From: Alphaproteobacteria bacterium
GTDB taxonomy: Bacteria > Pseudomonadota > Alphaproteobacteria > JACZXZ01
Assembly: GCA_035509415.1 (NCBI GenBank)
Contig: DATJLQ010000233.1
Span: 10,943 to 74,942, forward strand
Direction of reading: 5' to 3'
DNA: 64,000 nucleotides
In this document: positions 51,599 through 61,023 of the stretch, in pieces
Layout of the letters: every line of letters starts with the position of its first letter
How positions within the stretch are numbered: the stretch's first letter is position 1
Position numbers and translations under genes: made by a program
The notes under the pieces: generated by a model
Told to the model about the DNA's origin: nothing
Databases searched by the model: none
Seen by the model: the letters and a program-made list of their open reading frames with translations, nothing else

Positions 51599-52549
51599 AT
51601 GACGAATCCGCTGACCGAGAGCGCCAAGGGCGTATTCATCATCGCCGCCACCCCGTTCACCGACGCGGGTGCCATCGATTGGCCGAGCGTCGACACGATG
51701 GTCGAGTTCTATCTCGGCCACGGGGTCGACGGCATGACGATCCTGGGCATGATGGGCGAGGCGCAGAAGCTGCTCGAGAGCGAATCGCTCGAGTTCACGC
51801 GCACCGTGCTGCGCCGCGTCGCGGGCCGCGTGCCGGTCGTGGTCGGCGTGAGCAGCCCCGGAACCGCGGGCCTGGTCAAGCTGAGCACGGTGGCGATGGA
51901 GGCGGGTGCTGCCGGGGTCATGATCGCCCCCATCCCCGGCATCAAGACCGAGACCCAGCTCCGCGCCTATTTCGACGACGTGATCGCGGCGCTCGGGCCG
52001 TCGGTGCCCGTGGTCTATCAGGATTATCCGCAATCGACCGGCGTCAACATCTCGGCCGACTGCTTCGTCTCGATGGTCGACGCGCACCAGAGCCTCGTCA
52101 TGTTCAAGCACGAGGACTGGCCGGGCCTGCGCAAGCTTGCGCGCATCCGGAAGGCGTGCAACGGCACGCTCCATCGGCGCGTGAGCATTCTCGCGGGCAA
52201 TGGCGGACTCTATTTGCCGCAGGAGCTGCGGCGCGGCGCCGACGGGGCCATGACCGGCTTCGCGTTTCCCGAGATGCTGGTGGGCGTGTGCCGGCTCCAC
52301 GCCGCGGGCAAGAGTGCGGAGGCCGAGGATTTGTTCGACACATATCTCCCGCTCGTGTGCTACGAGCAGCAGCCGGGCATCGGGCTCGCGATCCGGAAGG
52401 AAATCCTGCGCCGGCGCGGCGCGTTCCGCTCGGCCGCCCTGCGCGCGCCGGGGCCCAAGCTCGACGCCGACGACATGCGCGAGATCGATGCGCTGCTTGC
52501 GCGCTTGGCCGAGCGCCTCGACCGGGTCGGGCGCCAGGCCGCGGCCTAG
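51599..52549 (+). CDS. dihydrodipicolinate synthase family protein (second copy)
   Basis: Start at the ATG at 51599 (MTNPLTESAKGVFIIAATPFTD...). It has the DapA-family layout. Confidence 0.82.
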   Translation: MTNPLTESAKGVFIIAATPFTDAGAIDWPSVDTMVEFYLGHGVDGMTILGMMGEAQKLLESESLEFTRTVLRRVAGRVPVVVGVSSPGTAGLVKLSTVAMEAGAAGVMIAPIPGIKTETQLRAYFDDVIAALGPSVPVVYQDYPQSTGVNISADCFVSMVDAHQSLVMFKHEDWPGLRKLARIRKACNGTLHRRVSILAGNGGLYLPQELRRGADGAMTGFAFPEMLVGVCRLHAAGKSAEAEDLFDTYLPLVCYEQQPGIGLAIRKEILRRRGAFRSAALRAPGPKLDADDMREIDALLARLAERLDRVGRQAAA

Positions 52550-52572
52550 GCCGCGAAGCGGAGATCGGGCGA

Positions 52573-54039
52573 ATGGCCGAATTCGATCTTGTCCTGCGTA
52601 ATGCGACGGTCGCGACCGCAATCGACCTTTACCGCGCCGACATCGGCGTCAAGGACGGACGCATCTCGGCCCTCGGCGCCAAGCTCGGCGCGGGCGCGCG
52701 CGAGGTCGACGTCGCGGGCCGCATCGTGACCCCGGGCGGGGTCGACAGCCATTGCCATATCGAGCAGAAATCCGCCGCGGGCGTCATGACCGCGGACGAT
52801 TTCTTCACCGGCACGCGCTCGGCCGCGTGCGGCGGCACGACCACGGTCATCCCCTTCGCGGCCCAGCATCGCGGCATGTCGATCCGCCAGGTGGTCAAGG
52901 ACTATCACGCGTGCGCGACGCCCAAGGCCGCGGTCGACTACGCGTTCCACCTGATCCTGACCGACCCGACCGAGCAGGTGCTGGGCCAGGAGCTTCCGGC
53001 GCTCATCCGCGACGGCTACACCTCGTTCAAGATCTACATGACCTACGACGCGCTCAAGCTCGACGACCGGCAGATTCTCGACGTGCTCTCGGTCGCGCGG
53101 CGCGAAGGCGCCTTCGTCATGGTCCATGCCGAGAATCACGAGATCATCGGCTGGCTCAGCGAGCGCCTGATCGCGAGCGGCCACACCGCACCCAAGTTCC
53201 ACGCCTTCGCCCACGTCAAGACCGCGGAGCGCGAGGCGACCCACCGCGCCATCTCGCTCGCCGAGCTGGTCGACGTACCGATGCTCGTGGTCCATGTCTC
53301 GTCGGGCGAGGCGATCGAGCAGATCCGTTGGGCGCAGGCGCGCGGCCTCAAGATCTACGGCGAGACCTGCCCGCAGTACCTTTTCCTCACCGAGGACGAT
53401 CTCGACCGGCCCGGCTTCGAGGGCGCCAAATACATGTGCAGCCCGCCGCCGCGCGACGCGGCGAACCAGGAGCTGGTCTGGGCGGGCCTCAAGAGCGGCG
53501 TGTTCCAGGTCTTCTCGTCCGACCACGCGGCCTACCGCTACAACGATCCCGAGGGCAAGATGCGCGCCGGGACCCACGCGCACTTCAAGAAGGTGCCGAA
53601 CGGCGTGCCCGGGCTCGAGGTGCGCATGCCGTTGCTGTTCTCCGAGGGGGTCGGCAAGGGCCGCATCGACCTCGCCCAGTTCGTGGCCTTGACCGCGACC
53701 AACGCCGCCAAGCTCTACGGTCTCTATCCGCGGAAGGGCACCATCGCGATCGGTAGCGACGCCGATCTCGTGGTGTGGGACGCGGAGCGCGAGGTCACCA
53801 TCTCCCAGTCCCTGCTGCACGACGCGATGGACTACACGCCCTACGAAGGGCGGCGCGTCAAGGGCTGGCCCGCGGCGACCTATCTCCGCGGCGAGCCGGT
53901 GTGGGAGAATGGCAAGTTCCTGGGTGCGGCGGGAAACGGCCGCTTCCTTCCCTGCGCGCTCTCGCCCGCGGCGAAGCCCTTGGGCCGCCGGGTCACGAAA
54001 TTCGACCCCGCGAGCGCGACCCTCGACGGCGCGAACTGA
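52573..54039 (+). CDS. dihydropyrimidinase / D-hydantoinase (cyclic amidohydrolase)
   Basis: 488 aa. It has the metal-binding motif GGVDSHCHI, the carboxylated-Lys region (FKIYMTY), and VHAENHE. Confidence 0.9.
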   Translation: MAEFDLVLRNATVATAIDLYRADIGVKDGRISALGAKLGAGAREVDVAGRIVTPGGVDSHCHIEQKSAAGVMTADDFFTGTRSAACGGTTTVIPFAAQHRGMSIRQVVKDYHACATPKAAVDYAFHLILTDPTEQVLGQELPALIRDGYTSFKIYMTYDALKLDDRQILDVLSVARREGAFVMVHAENHEIIGWLSERLIASGHTAPKFHAFAHVKTAEREATHRAISLAELVDVPMLVVHVSSGEAIEQIRWAQARGLKIYGETCPQYLFLTEDDLDRPGFEGAKYMCSPPPRDAANQELVWAGLKSGVFQVFSSDHAAYRYNDPEGKMRAGTHAHFKKVPNGVPGLEVRMPLLFSEGVGKGRIDLAQFVALTATNAAKLYGLYPRKGTIAIGSDADLVVWDAEREVTISQSLLHDAMDYTPYEGRRVKGWPAATYLRGEPVWENGKFLGAAGNGRFLPCALSPAAKPLGRRVTKFDPASATLDGAN

Positions 54040-54049
54040 AGGCCCTGCC

Positions 54050-54364
54050 CTATTTGATCGGCGAGAAGGGGGCCGGCAGGAGAATCCGGTTTTCCTGGCG
54101 CAGGATCACGGGCGGGCTGTTGCGCAAGTACTCGAGCCAGTCCGGCTCTTGCGCGAGCGCCGCGCGCCGCTTCTCGCGATCGGCGTAGCTCTCATAGCCC
54201 CAAAGCTGGATCGCCTGGTTGAGCTCGCCGATGTCGGCCTGGAAGAAGCCGAGGAAGTTGCCCAGGACGCGCTTCATGATCGGGAGCCCGTTGGCGCCGA
54301 AATACTCGACATAGGGCTTCATCTTGCCGACCTGGATCGTGTAGGTGCGTTGCTCGACGATCAT
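54050..54364 (-). CDS. NIPSNAP family protein
   Basis: 104 aa, starting at the ATG at 54364 (MIVEQRTYTIQVGKM...). This is a typical NIPSNAP/dimeric alpha-beta barrel N-terminus. Confidence 0.7.
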   Translation of the reverse strand: MIVEQRTYTIQVGKMKPYVEYFGANGLPIMKRVLGNFLGFFQADIGELNQAIQLWGYESYADREKRRAALAQEPDWLEYLRNSPPVILRQENRILLPAPFSPIK

Positions 54365-54438
54365 CGTTTCCTCCGTCGCTTGGGTTCGTGCCGAAGTTTG
54401 GGGTCGGGGGCCGTGGGCGCGGCACCCCGGGGAAGGTC

Positions 54439-55290
54439 TCACGCGTCGTGGTGCTCGTCCGCGCGCACCGAGATGTGCCAGGGGAGCAGCAGGCGCTCGA
54501 TGTAGCCGATCACCCAGAAGAACAGGATGCCCAGCACCGACAGCAGCACGATCGCCGAGAACTGGCGCGCGACGTTGAGGTCGGCCGTCGCCATCATGAT
54601 GACGTAGCCGAGCCCGCCGTCCGCCCCCACGAATTCGGCGACCACGGCGCCGATCACGGCGAGCACGGTCGCGACCTTGAGGCCGGCGAAGATGCTCGGC
54701 AGCGCGTTGGGCAGCCGGAAGCGCCAGAAGACCTGGAACATGTTGGCGCCCATCGAGCGCGCGAGGTTGAGCATGTTGGGCGAGAGCGACTTCAGGCCCA
54801 CCACCGCGTTGATGATGATCGGGAAGAACGTGACCAGGATCACGATCACGATCTTGGGCAACAGGCCGAAGCCGAACCAGCTCAGCAGCAGCGGCGCCAC
54901 GGCGACCTTGGGGATCGTCTGCGAGCCCACGATGAGCGGATAGATCGAGCGCTCGAAGGTGCGCGAGTAGGTGAACAGGATCGCGAGCGGCATGCCGATC
55001 GCGATGCTCAGGAGATAGCCGAGGCCGACCTCGAACGCGGTGACGCCGGTCTGGCGCACGAGGATGTCGCGGTTCGCGATCAGGTCCTTGAGGATCGCGT
55101 AGGGCGACGGCAGGAGGAAGCTCGGCGTATGGAGGAGGTTCGTCGCGAGCTGCCAGATGGCGATGAACGCGACCGCCGTCAGCGCCGCGTAGGGGATGCG
55201 GAAGCGCCGCGCCGCGGCGGCGCCGGTGTCGATGCTCGCGAGCTCGGCGGTCGCGGCCTCGTCCTCGGCGATGGTGGGGGGTGCGGTCAC
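54439..55290 (-). CDS. ABC transporter permease (NitT/TauT family)
   Basis: This is the polytopic tail of ORF 54439..56166(-). The tentative start is the GTG at 55290, just after the ATPase stop. Confidence 0.8.
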   Translation of the reverse strand: MTAPPTIAEDEAATAELASIDTGAAAARRFRIPYAALTAVAFIAIWQLATNLLHTPSFLLPSPYAILKDLIANRDILVRQTGVTAFEVGLGYLLSIAIGMPLAILFTYSRTFERSIYPLIVGSQTIPKVAVAPLLLSWFGFGLLPKIVIVILVTFFPIIINAVVGLKSLSPNMLNLARSMGANMFQVFWRFRLPNALPSIFAGLKVATVLAVIGAVVAEFVGADGGLGYVIMMATADLNVARQFSAIVLLSVLGILFFWVIGYIERLLLPWHISVRADEHHDA

Positions 55291-55292
55291 GG

Positions 55293-56066
55293 TCAATTCT
55301 CGCGCAGCACGCCGATCGCCTCGAACACGCGGCTGATGCGGTCGCTGTAGGCGGCGAAGGCGGGCGTCTGGCGGATCGCGAGCGAGCGTGGCCGCGGGAG
55401 ATCGATGGTGACGATGTCCTCGACCTTGCCCGGGCGCGCCGACATGATGATCACGCGGTCGCTCAAGAAGATCGCCTCCGGCACCGAATGGGTCACGAAC
55501 AGCACGGTCTTGCGCGTCTCCTGCCAGAAGCGCAGGAGATCGATGTTGAGCTGGTCGCGCGTGAGGGCATCGAGTGCGCCGAACGGCTCGTCCATCAAAA
55601 GCAGGAGCGGATCGTGCAGGAGCGCGCGGCAGATCGAGACGCGCTGACGCATCCCGCCCGAGAGCTCGTGCGGGTACATCTTCTCGAATCCCTGGAGCCC
55701 GACGAGGGCCAGGAGCTCGCGCGCGCGCTTCTCCATCGGAGCGCGCGGGAGGCGCCTGATGTCGGCCTGGATCATCACGTTCTCGAGCACCGTGCGCCAA
55801 TCGAGGAGCGCGTCCTGCTGGAACACGATGCCGAGATCGGTGTAGGGCCCGGTCACCTGGGCGCCGTCGATACGCACCGCGCCGGTCGAGGGCGGCGTGA
55901 GGCCGCTCACGATCATGAGAAGCGTGCTCTTGCCGCACCCGCTCGGCCCCACGATCGAGACGAACTCGCTCTTGTCGATGCCGATGCCGACGGTCTCGAG
56001 CGCCTGGATGGCGCCGCCGTGGCTGCTCGCATACCGCTTGGAAACGCTTTCGATCGAGATGAACAT
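55293..56066 (-). CDS. ABC transporter ATP-binding protein (NitT/TauT family)
   Basis: Walker [27 protein letters not shown], and [12 protein letters not shown]. Confidence 0.9.
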   Translation of the reverse strand: MFISIESVSKRYASSHGGAIQALETVGIGIDKSEFVSIVGPSGCGKSTLLMIVSGLTPPSTGAVRIDGAQVTGPYTDLGIVFQQDALLDWRTVLENVMIQADIRRLPRAPMEKRARELLALVGLQGFEKMYPHELSGGMRQRVSICRALLHDPLLLLMDEPFGALDALTRDQLNIDLLRFWQETRKTVLFVTHSVPEAIFLSDRVIIMSARPGKVEDIVTIDLPRPRSLAIRQTPAFAAYSDRISRVFEAIGVLREN

Positions 56067-56119
56067 CGCTCGCGCCGCGTTCGCTTTTCCCTAACGTATC
56101 GGATCGGGCTCCGGACCTC

Positions 56120-56788
56120 TTATCGGGTCCGGTAGCCCAGCTGGGTCGCAGCAATCGCCATGCCAACGGCCGCCTGGGTCGGGTCGACCACCTGGACGCC
56201 GAGCGCGTCCTCGAGCCTCTGGCGGTAACGCGCCATGCCCGCGCAGCCCATGACCAGGACGTCGGCGCCGTCCTCGTCGCGCAACGCCCGGCCGACCTCG
56301 GTCATGCGCTCGATCGTGCGCCCCTCGTCGGCGAGCTCGAGCACGCCGAGATTGACCGGCCGGTCGCCCGCGATCCGCTCGGCGACGCCGAGAGCGCGGA
56401 AATAGCGCCAATGGCGTCCGAGGGATGCCGGCAAAATGGCGATCACACCCACCATGTTGCCCAAATTTAAGGCGGTCGTGATCCCGGCCGCGGCAATGCC
56501 GATCACGGGCCGCGAGGTCGTCTCGCGCGCGGCATGGAGGCCGGGATCGGAGAAGCAGGCGATGACGAACGCGTCCGCGCGATTCTCCTCGCGCGCCATG
56601 AGGCGGCAGAGCGGCTGGATCACCTGCTCGATGTCCCGTTGGCTCTGGATGCCGGGCGGACCCTCGGCCAGGGTCGCGCATTCGAGCGCCGGGCCGCCGT
56701 CGACGCGCAGCGGCTCGAGCGCGCGGTCGATGTCGTCGGTGACCGACTGGCTGCTGTTCGGATTGACGATGAGGATACGCGCCGTCAC
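56120..56788 (-). CDS. Asp/Glu/hydantoin racemase family protein (hydantoin racemase-like)
   Basis: 222 aa. It begins ILIVNPNSS and has the two Cys regions IACFSDPG and VMGCAGMA. Confidence 0.85.
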   Translation of the reverse strand: MTARILIVNPNSSQSVTDDIDRALEPLRVDGGPALECATLAEGPPGIQSQRDIEQVIQPLCRLMAREENRADAFVIACFSDPGLHAARETTSRPVIGIAAAGITTALNLGNMVGVIAILPASLGRHWRYFRALGVAERIAGDRPVNLGVLELADEGRTIERMTEVGRALRDEDGADVLVMGCAGMARYRQRLEDALGVQVVDPTQAAVGMAIAATQLGYRTR

Positions 56789-56873
56789 GGCACTTCTCTT
56801 CGATTCAGGGACTCGTCCGGCCGGCGGCGAGCGAGCGCGTGACGATCGGAGCCCGCACCCATCCCCTCCGGCC

Positions 56874-57596
56874 TCACAACGTCTTCAGCTTGTCGATGAT
56901 GCTGAGCTTCACGTTCTCGATGTGGGTGCCGGCGACCTTGCGCGCGGCCTCGGCGTCGCCCGTCTCGACCGCGGCGACGAGCGCCAGGTGCTCCTGGCAG
57001 CTCGCTTGGAAGCGCGTCGGAATGCGGCGCATGTCGAACATGTGGGTGCGGCGGCGCAGATCGCGGATGAGCGTCGCGAGCGTCTGGTTGCCGCTCCCCT
57101 CGCCCACCAGGCCGTGCACCATGTCGTCGACCGCCCAATGCTGCGCGACCGTCGGCTCCTCGGCGCGCATCAGCGCCTCGATCGCGCCGCGCACCTCGCG
57201 CGCGCGCTCGGCGGTGACGTTGTTGACCGCCATGCCCGCGGCCTCGACCTCGAGCAGCTTGCGCACGTTGAGGATCTCGATGAACTCGTGGACCGTGAGC
57301 TCGCGCACCGTGAGCAACCGGCCGAACTGGCGCGTCACCAGCCCCTCGTTCTCGAGGCGCGCGAGCGCCTCGCGGGTCGGCGTGCGCGAGATCGAGAGGG
57401 CGTCGGCGAGACGCCGCTCCTGGAGGATGGTGCCGCCCGGCAATTCGCCCGACAGCATCATGTCCAAGATTCGCTCATAGGCCTGGTTGCTGAGGCTCTT
57501 GGCGCTCTCGGCGCCCGCCCCCTGGCCGGCCTGCGGATCCTCGAGATTGCGGATTTTGATGGCTTGATTCATTGTGGAATTCTCTCGGTATGCCAT
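56874..57596 (-). CDS. GntR family transcriptional regulator (FadR/FCD subfamily)
   Basis: It has a wHTH (ERRLADALSISRTPTREALARLENEGLV) and a C-terminal FCD-like helical domain. ATG 57572 is an alternative start. Confidence 0.88.
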   Translation of the reverse strand: MAYRENSTMNQAIKIRNLEDPQAGQGAGAESAKSLSNQAYERILDMMLSGELPGGTILQERRLADALSISRTPTREALARLENEGLVTRQFGRLLTVRELTVHEFIEILNVRKLLEVEAAGMAVNNVTAERAREVRGAIEALMRAEEPTVAQHWAVDDMVHGLVGEGSGNQTLATLIRDLRRRTHMFDMRRIPTRFQASCQEHLALVAAVETGDAEAARKVAGTHIENVKLSIIDKLKTL

Positions 57597-57660
57597 AACA
57601 CGGGGCTATCCCAGTCGCAACTGGGATGTTCCCGATTGTCCTCCGATTCTGGCCTCCGCC

Positions 57661-60600
57661 TCAAGCATTGCGCGAGGAGCCGGAGAGATATTCGACCGCG
57701 TGCTCGGCGAGCCCGGCGGCGGCATCCAGCTTCCAGCCGTTGCGCGGAAGCGGATGGGCCGCCCGGTCGAGCTCGCGATCGAGGCTGCGGCGCAACGCGG
57801 CGACGTCGAGGGCCGTCCCGTCGAGGGCGCGCTCGGTCGCGCGCGCGCGCCATGGGGTGGGGGCGAGCCCGCCCATGACGATACGCGGATCGCGCCACTG
57901 TCCACCCGCGTCGGGGAGCGTCGTGACGGCGACGGAGGCGATCGCGAAATCGCCCTCCCAAAGGCCGAGCTTCTCGAACCGGCCGCGGCGCGCGAGGGCG
58001 CCGGCGCCGATCCGGATTTCGGTCAGAAGCTCGTCCGGGCGCAAGACGCTCTCGCCCGGGCCCGAATAGAATCCGGCGAGCGGGACCGTGCGCGTGCCGC
58101 TCGGGCCGGCGACGATTGCGTCGGCGTCGAGGGCCATGAGCACGGTCGCGAGATCGGAGGGCGTCACCGCCTGGCAGCGGTGCGCACCGATCGCGGCGTG
58201 ATAGAAGCGATGGTCGCCCATCACCGCATAGCAGGGGGCGCCGAAGCCGCTCCGCTTATAGCAGTCGAATCCGTTGCGGTAGAACCAGCAGCGCTTCTCC
58301 TGGAGGAGATTGCCGCCCACCGTCGCCATGTCGCGGATTTGCGCCGACGCGATATGCTCGACGGCCTCGGCGATCATCGGCATTTTCGGCCCGAGCTCGC
58401 GCGCGAGCTGGGCGAGCGACACCGCGGCGCCGATGGATACCGAGCCGTCGGCATCGACCGCGATCTTGCTCATCTCTTGCACGTCGAGGAGCGAGACGAG
58501 GCGCTTCGGCGCCGCCAGGCCCTGCTGGCGCCGCGGCAAAAGGTCGGTGCCGCCCGTGATCGGCGTCGAGTCGCCAAGCGCGCGTAGCGCGTCCCCGAGA
58601 CTCGTCGGCATGTCCATCCCTTCGATCGGCCGGGGTCCCGGACGGCGCGCCAGGCGCACGCCCCAGCGCGACAGAAGCCGAAACACGCCATGGGGATAGG
58701 CCCAACGCACGAGCGCCACCCACCAGCGGTCGGGCCGGCGCCAGAGGCTGTGACGGCGCTTACGGCCCTCCTTGGCGGCGAGCGCCGTCAGAATCTTGTC
58801 GGGCGTGATGGGCAAATCCTTGATGCGCACGCCGACCGCGTGATGGATCGCATTCGCGACCGCAGGGGCACCCGGTGTCACGCACAACTCGCCCACACCC
58901 TTGGCGCCATAAGGGCCCTTGGGATCGCCGCCCTCGACGAGGATGGCGCGGATACGCGGCAAGTCCGCGGGCCGGCGCATCGGATAATTCAGATAGGTGC
59001 CGTTGACGAGCCGCCCCTGCTCGTGGATCAGCTCCTCGCCGAGCGCGACGCCGACGCTCATCGCAACCCCGCCCGCGATCTGCCCCTCGACCATGGTCGG
59101 ATTGATCGCGGTGCCGATGTCGTGCGCGGCCACGAGATCGAGAAGCCGCACGCGCCCGGTGCGCCGATCGACCTCGACCTCGGCCGCGTGGGCCGCGAAG
59201 CTGTAGGTCGCGGAGAGATTGCCGATGCCGGTCTTGGGATCGAGCATCTCCGCCTCGGTCTCGACGAACGAGGTCTCGACCGTGAGACATCCGTCCACGG
59301 CGTCGGGGCTGCCTTGCACAAGATCGCCGATCGGGATCGCGCGCGCGCCGCACTTCGCCATGCCGCCCTCGAGGGTGACCGGCTCGTTCCCGAGCGTACG
59401 CGCGGCGAGCGCTTTCACGCGCGCGGCCGCCTCGACCGCGGTCTTGCGCGCGGCGTTGCCGCTATAGAAGGTGCCGCGGGTACCCCAGGCGCCGAGATCG
59501 TAGGGCGTCTTCCCGGTTTCGGTCGAAAGCACCGAGACGCGCTCGAGATCGACGCCGAGCTCGTGCGCCGCGATCTGCGCCAGAATGGTGCGTTGGCCGG
59601 TGCCCGTGTCGATGCCGCCGAAGCGCACGCGCACGCTTCCGTCGGCGTAGATGTCGATCGCGCCGTCGTTGCGGTTGGCACCCGCGCGCGCGTAGGTGCC
59701 GCTCGAATGGATGCCGGTCGCGATGCCGACGCCGCGGCCCGGCTTCGGCTTCAACCGCTTCTCGTCCCAGCCGATCGCCGCGCGCACGGCGTCGAGGCAT
59801 TCGATGAGCCGCGCCGACTGGATACGGGCCCCCTGCACGGTGCGCGTGAAGGGCCGGTTCGCGTTGCGCTTCCTGAGCTCGATCGGATCGAGCCCGAGCC
59901 GCGCGGCGAGATCGTCCATCAGGCTTTCGAGCGCGTAGACCGATTGGGTCGTGCCGTAGCCGCGGAACTGGCCGCCCGGCTGCTTCGAGGTGTCGACCAG
60001 GAGAGCCTCGACCTCGAGTCCGTCCACGCCGTAAAGCGTGCCGAACGCCTTGGGCCCGGCCGAAAGCACGCTGAAGCCCGAATGGACGTAGGCGCCGTTG
60101 TCCGCGGCAATACGCGCATCGAGCGCACGGATGCGCCCGGTCTCGTCGGCATGGAGACGGAGCGCGGTGCGGAAAGCGTGGCGCGATTTCGTGGTCGCGA
60201 ATTCCTCCGAGCGCGTGAGCGCGATCTTGACCGGACGGCGCGTCGCAATCGAGAGCCTGCAGGCGATCGCCTCGTGCTCGCTGATACGCGACTTCGAGCC
60301 GAACGCGCCGCCGACGCCGATCTCGTGGCAGAAGATCCGCCCGATCTCGAGGCCGAGCACGTGCGCGAGCTCCTCGAGCACGAAGATCGGCGCCTGGGTC
60401 CCGGTCCAGAGATGGAGCTCGCCCTTGGCCTCGTCCCACGACGCGACCGTGACGTTGGGCTCCATGCACACATGGCCCTGGGGCGGATACCAATAGGTCC
60501 CCTCGACGCTGACCTGGCCAGCGGCGCGTCCGCCTTCGGGATCGCCCCAATGACGCGCGAGGCGGCGCGCGAGATTGGCGCGCCCCGTCGTACGCACGTT

Positions 60601-61023
60601 GAGCTCGGGCGCACCCGGTGCCAACGCCTGATCGATGGTGAAAGGAGCGTCGAGACGCCGATACTCGACGCGGATCGCGCGTAGCGCCGCGTCCGCTTGC
60701 TCGGCCGTGTCGGCCGCGACGGCGGCCACTTCCTGGCCCACGAAACGCACCACATCGCCCGCGATGGGGGCCCGGTCGCCCGCCCCTTCGTGGAGATAGC
60801 GCATGCCGGGCGCGAAATCCGCCGCCGTGATCACGGCGCGCACGCCGGGCAAACGCCGCGCCGGTTCGGCCTCGAGCGAGAGGATACGCGCATGGGCATG
60901 GGGCGAGCGCAGGATGCGGCCGACCAGCATGCCCTCGAGCGCAAGGTCGGTTCCGAAGACGAAGCGGCCCGCGGTGATCGCCTGCCAATCGAGCGGCCGG
61001 GCGCGGCGTCCGATCTCGCTCAT
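57661..61023 (-). CDS. xanthine dehydrogenase/CO dehydrogenase-family hydroxylase, fused molybdopterin (large) and FAD (medium) subunits
   Basis: This is a single 1120-aa ORF. Residues 1-750 are aldehyde-oxidase/XDH Moco-type (a/b hammerhead at the N-terminus, GGFGSK-like GGAFGSKS). A 52-aa W/R-rich linker follows. The last 318 aa are CoxM-type FAD-binding (TGGTDLL, TVGGNL). Confidence 0.88.
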   Translation of the reverse strand: MSEIGRRARPLDWQAITAGRFVFGTDLALEGMLVGRILRSPHAHARILSLEAEPARRLPGVRAVITAADFAPGMRYLHEGAGDRAPIAGDVVRFVGQEVAAVAADTAEQADAALRAIRVEYRRLDAPFTIDQALAPGAPELNVRTTGRANLARRLARHWGDPEGGRAAGQVSVEGTYWYPPQGHVCMEPNVTVASWDEAKGELHLWTGTQAPIFVLEELAHVLGLEIGRIFCHEIGVGGAFGSKSRISEHEAIACRLSIATRRPVKIALTRSEEFATTKSRHAFRTALRLHADETGRIRALDARIAADNGAYVHSGFSVLSAGPKAFGTLYGVDGLEVEALLVDTSKQPGGQFRGYGTTQSVYALESLMDDLAARLGLDPIELRKRNANRPFTRTVQGARIQSARLIECLDAVRAAIGWDEKRLKPKPGRGVGIATGIHSSGTYARAGANRNDGAIDIYADGSVRVRFGGIDTGTGQRTILAQIAAHELGVDLERVSVLSTETGKTPYDLGAWGTRGTFYSGNAARKTAVEAAARVKALAARTLGNEPVTLEGGMAKCGARAIPIGDLVQGSPDAVDGCLTVETSFVETEAEMLDPKTGIGNLSATYSFAAHAAEVEVDRRTGRVRLLDLVAAHDIGTAINPTMVEGQIAGGVAMSVGVALGEELIHEQGRLVNGTYLNYPMRRPADLPRIRAILVEGGDPKGPYGAKGVGELCVTPGAPAVANAIHHAVGVRIKDLPITPDKILTALAAKEGRKRRHSLWRRPDRWWVALVRWAYPHGVFRLLSRWGVRLARRPGPRPIEGMDMPTSLGDALRALGDSTPITGGTDLLPRRQQGLAAPKRLVSLLDVQEMSKIAVDADGSVSIGAAVSLAQLARELGPKMPMIAEAVEHIASAQIRDMATVGGNLLQEKRCWFYRNGFDCYKRSGFGAPCYAVMGDHRFYHAAIGAHRCQAVTPSDLATVLMALDADAIVAGPSGTRTVPLAGFYSGPGESVLRPDELLTEIRIGAGALARRGRFEKLGLWEGDFAIASVAVTTLPDAGGQWRDPRIVMGGLAPTPWRARATERALDGTALDVAALRRSLDRELDRAAHPLPRNGWKLDAAAGLAEHAVEYLSGSSRNA

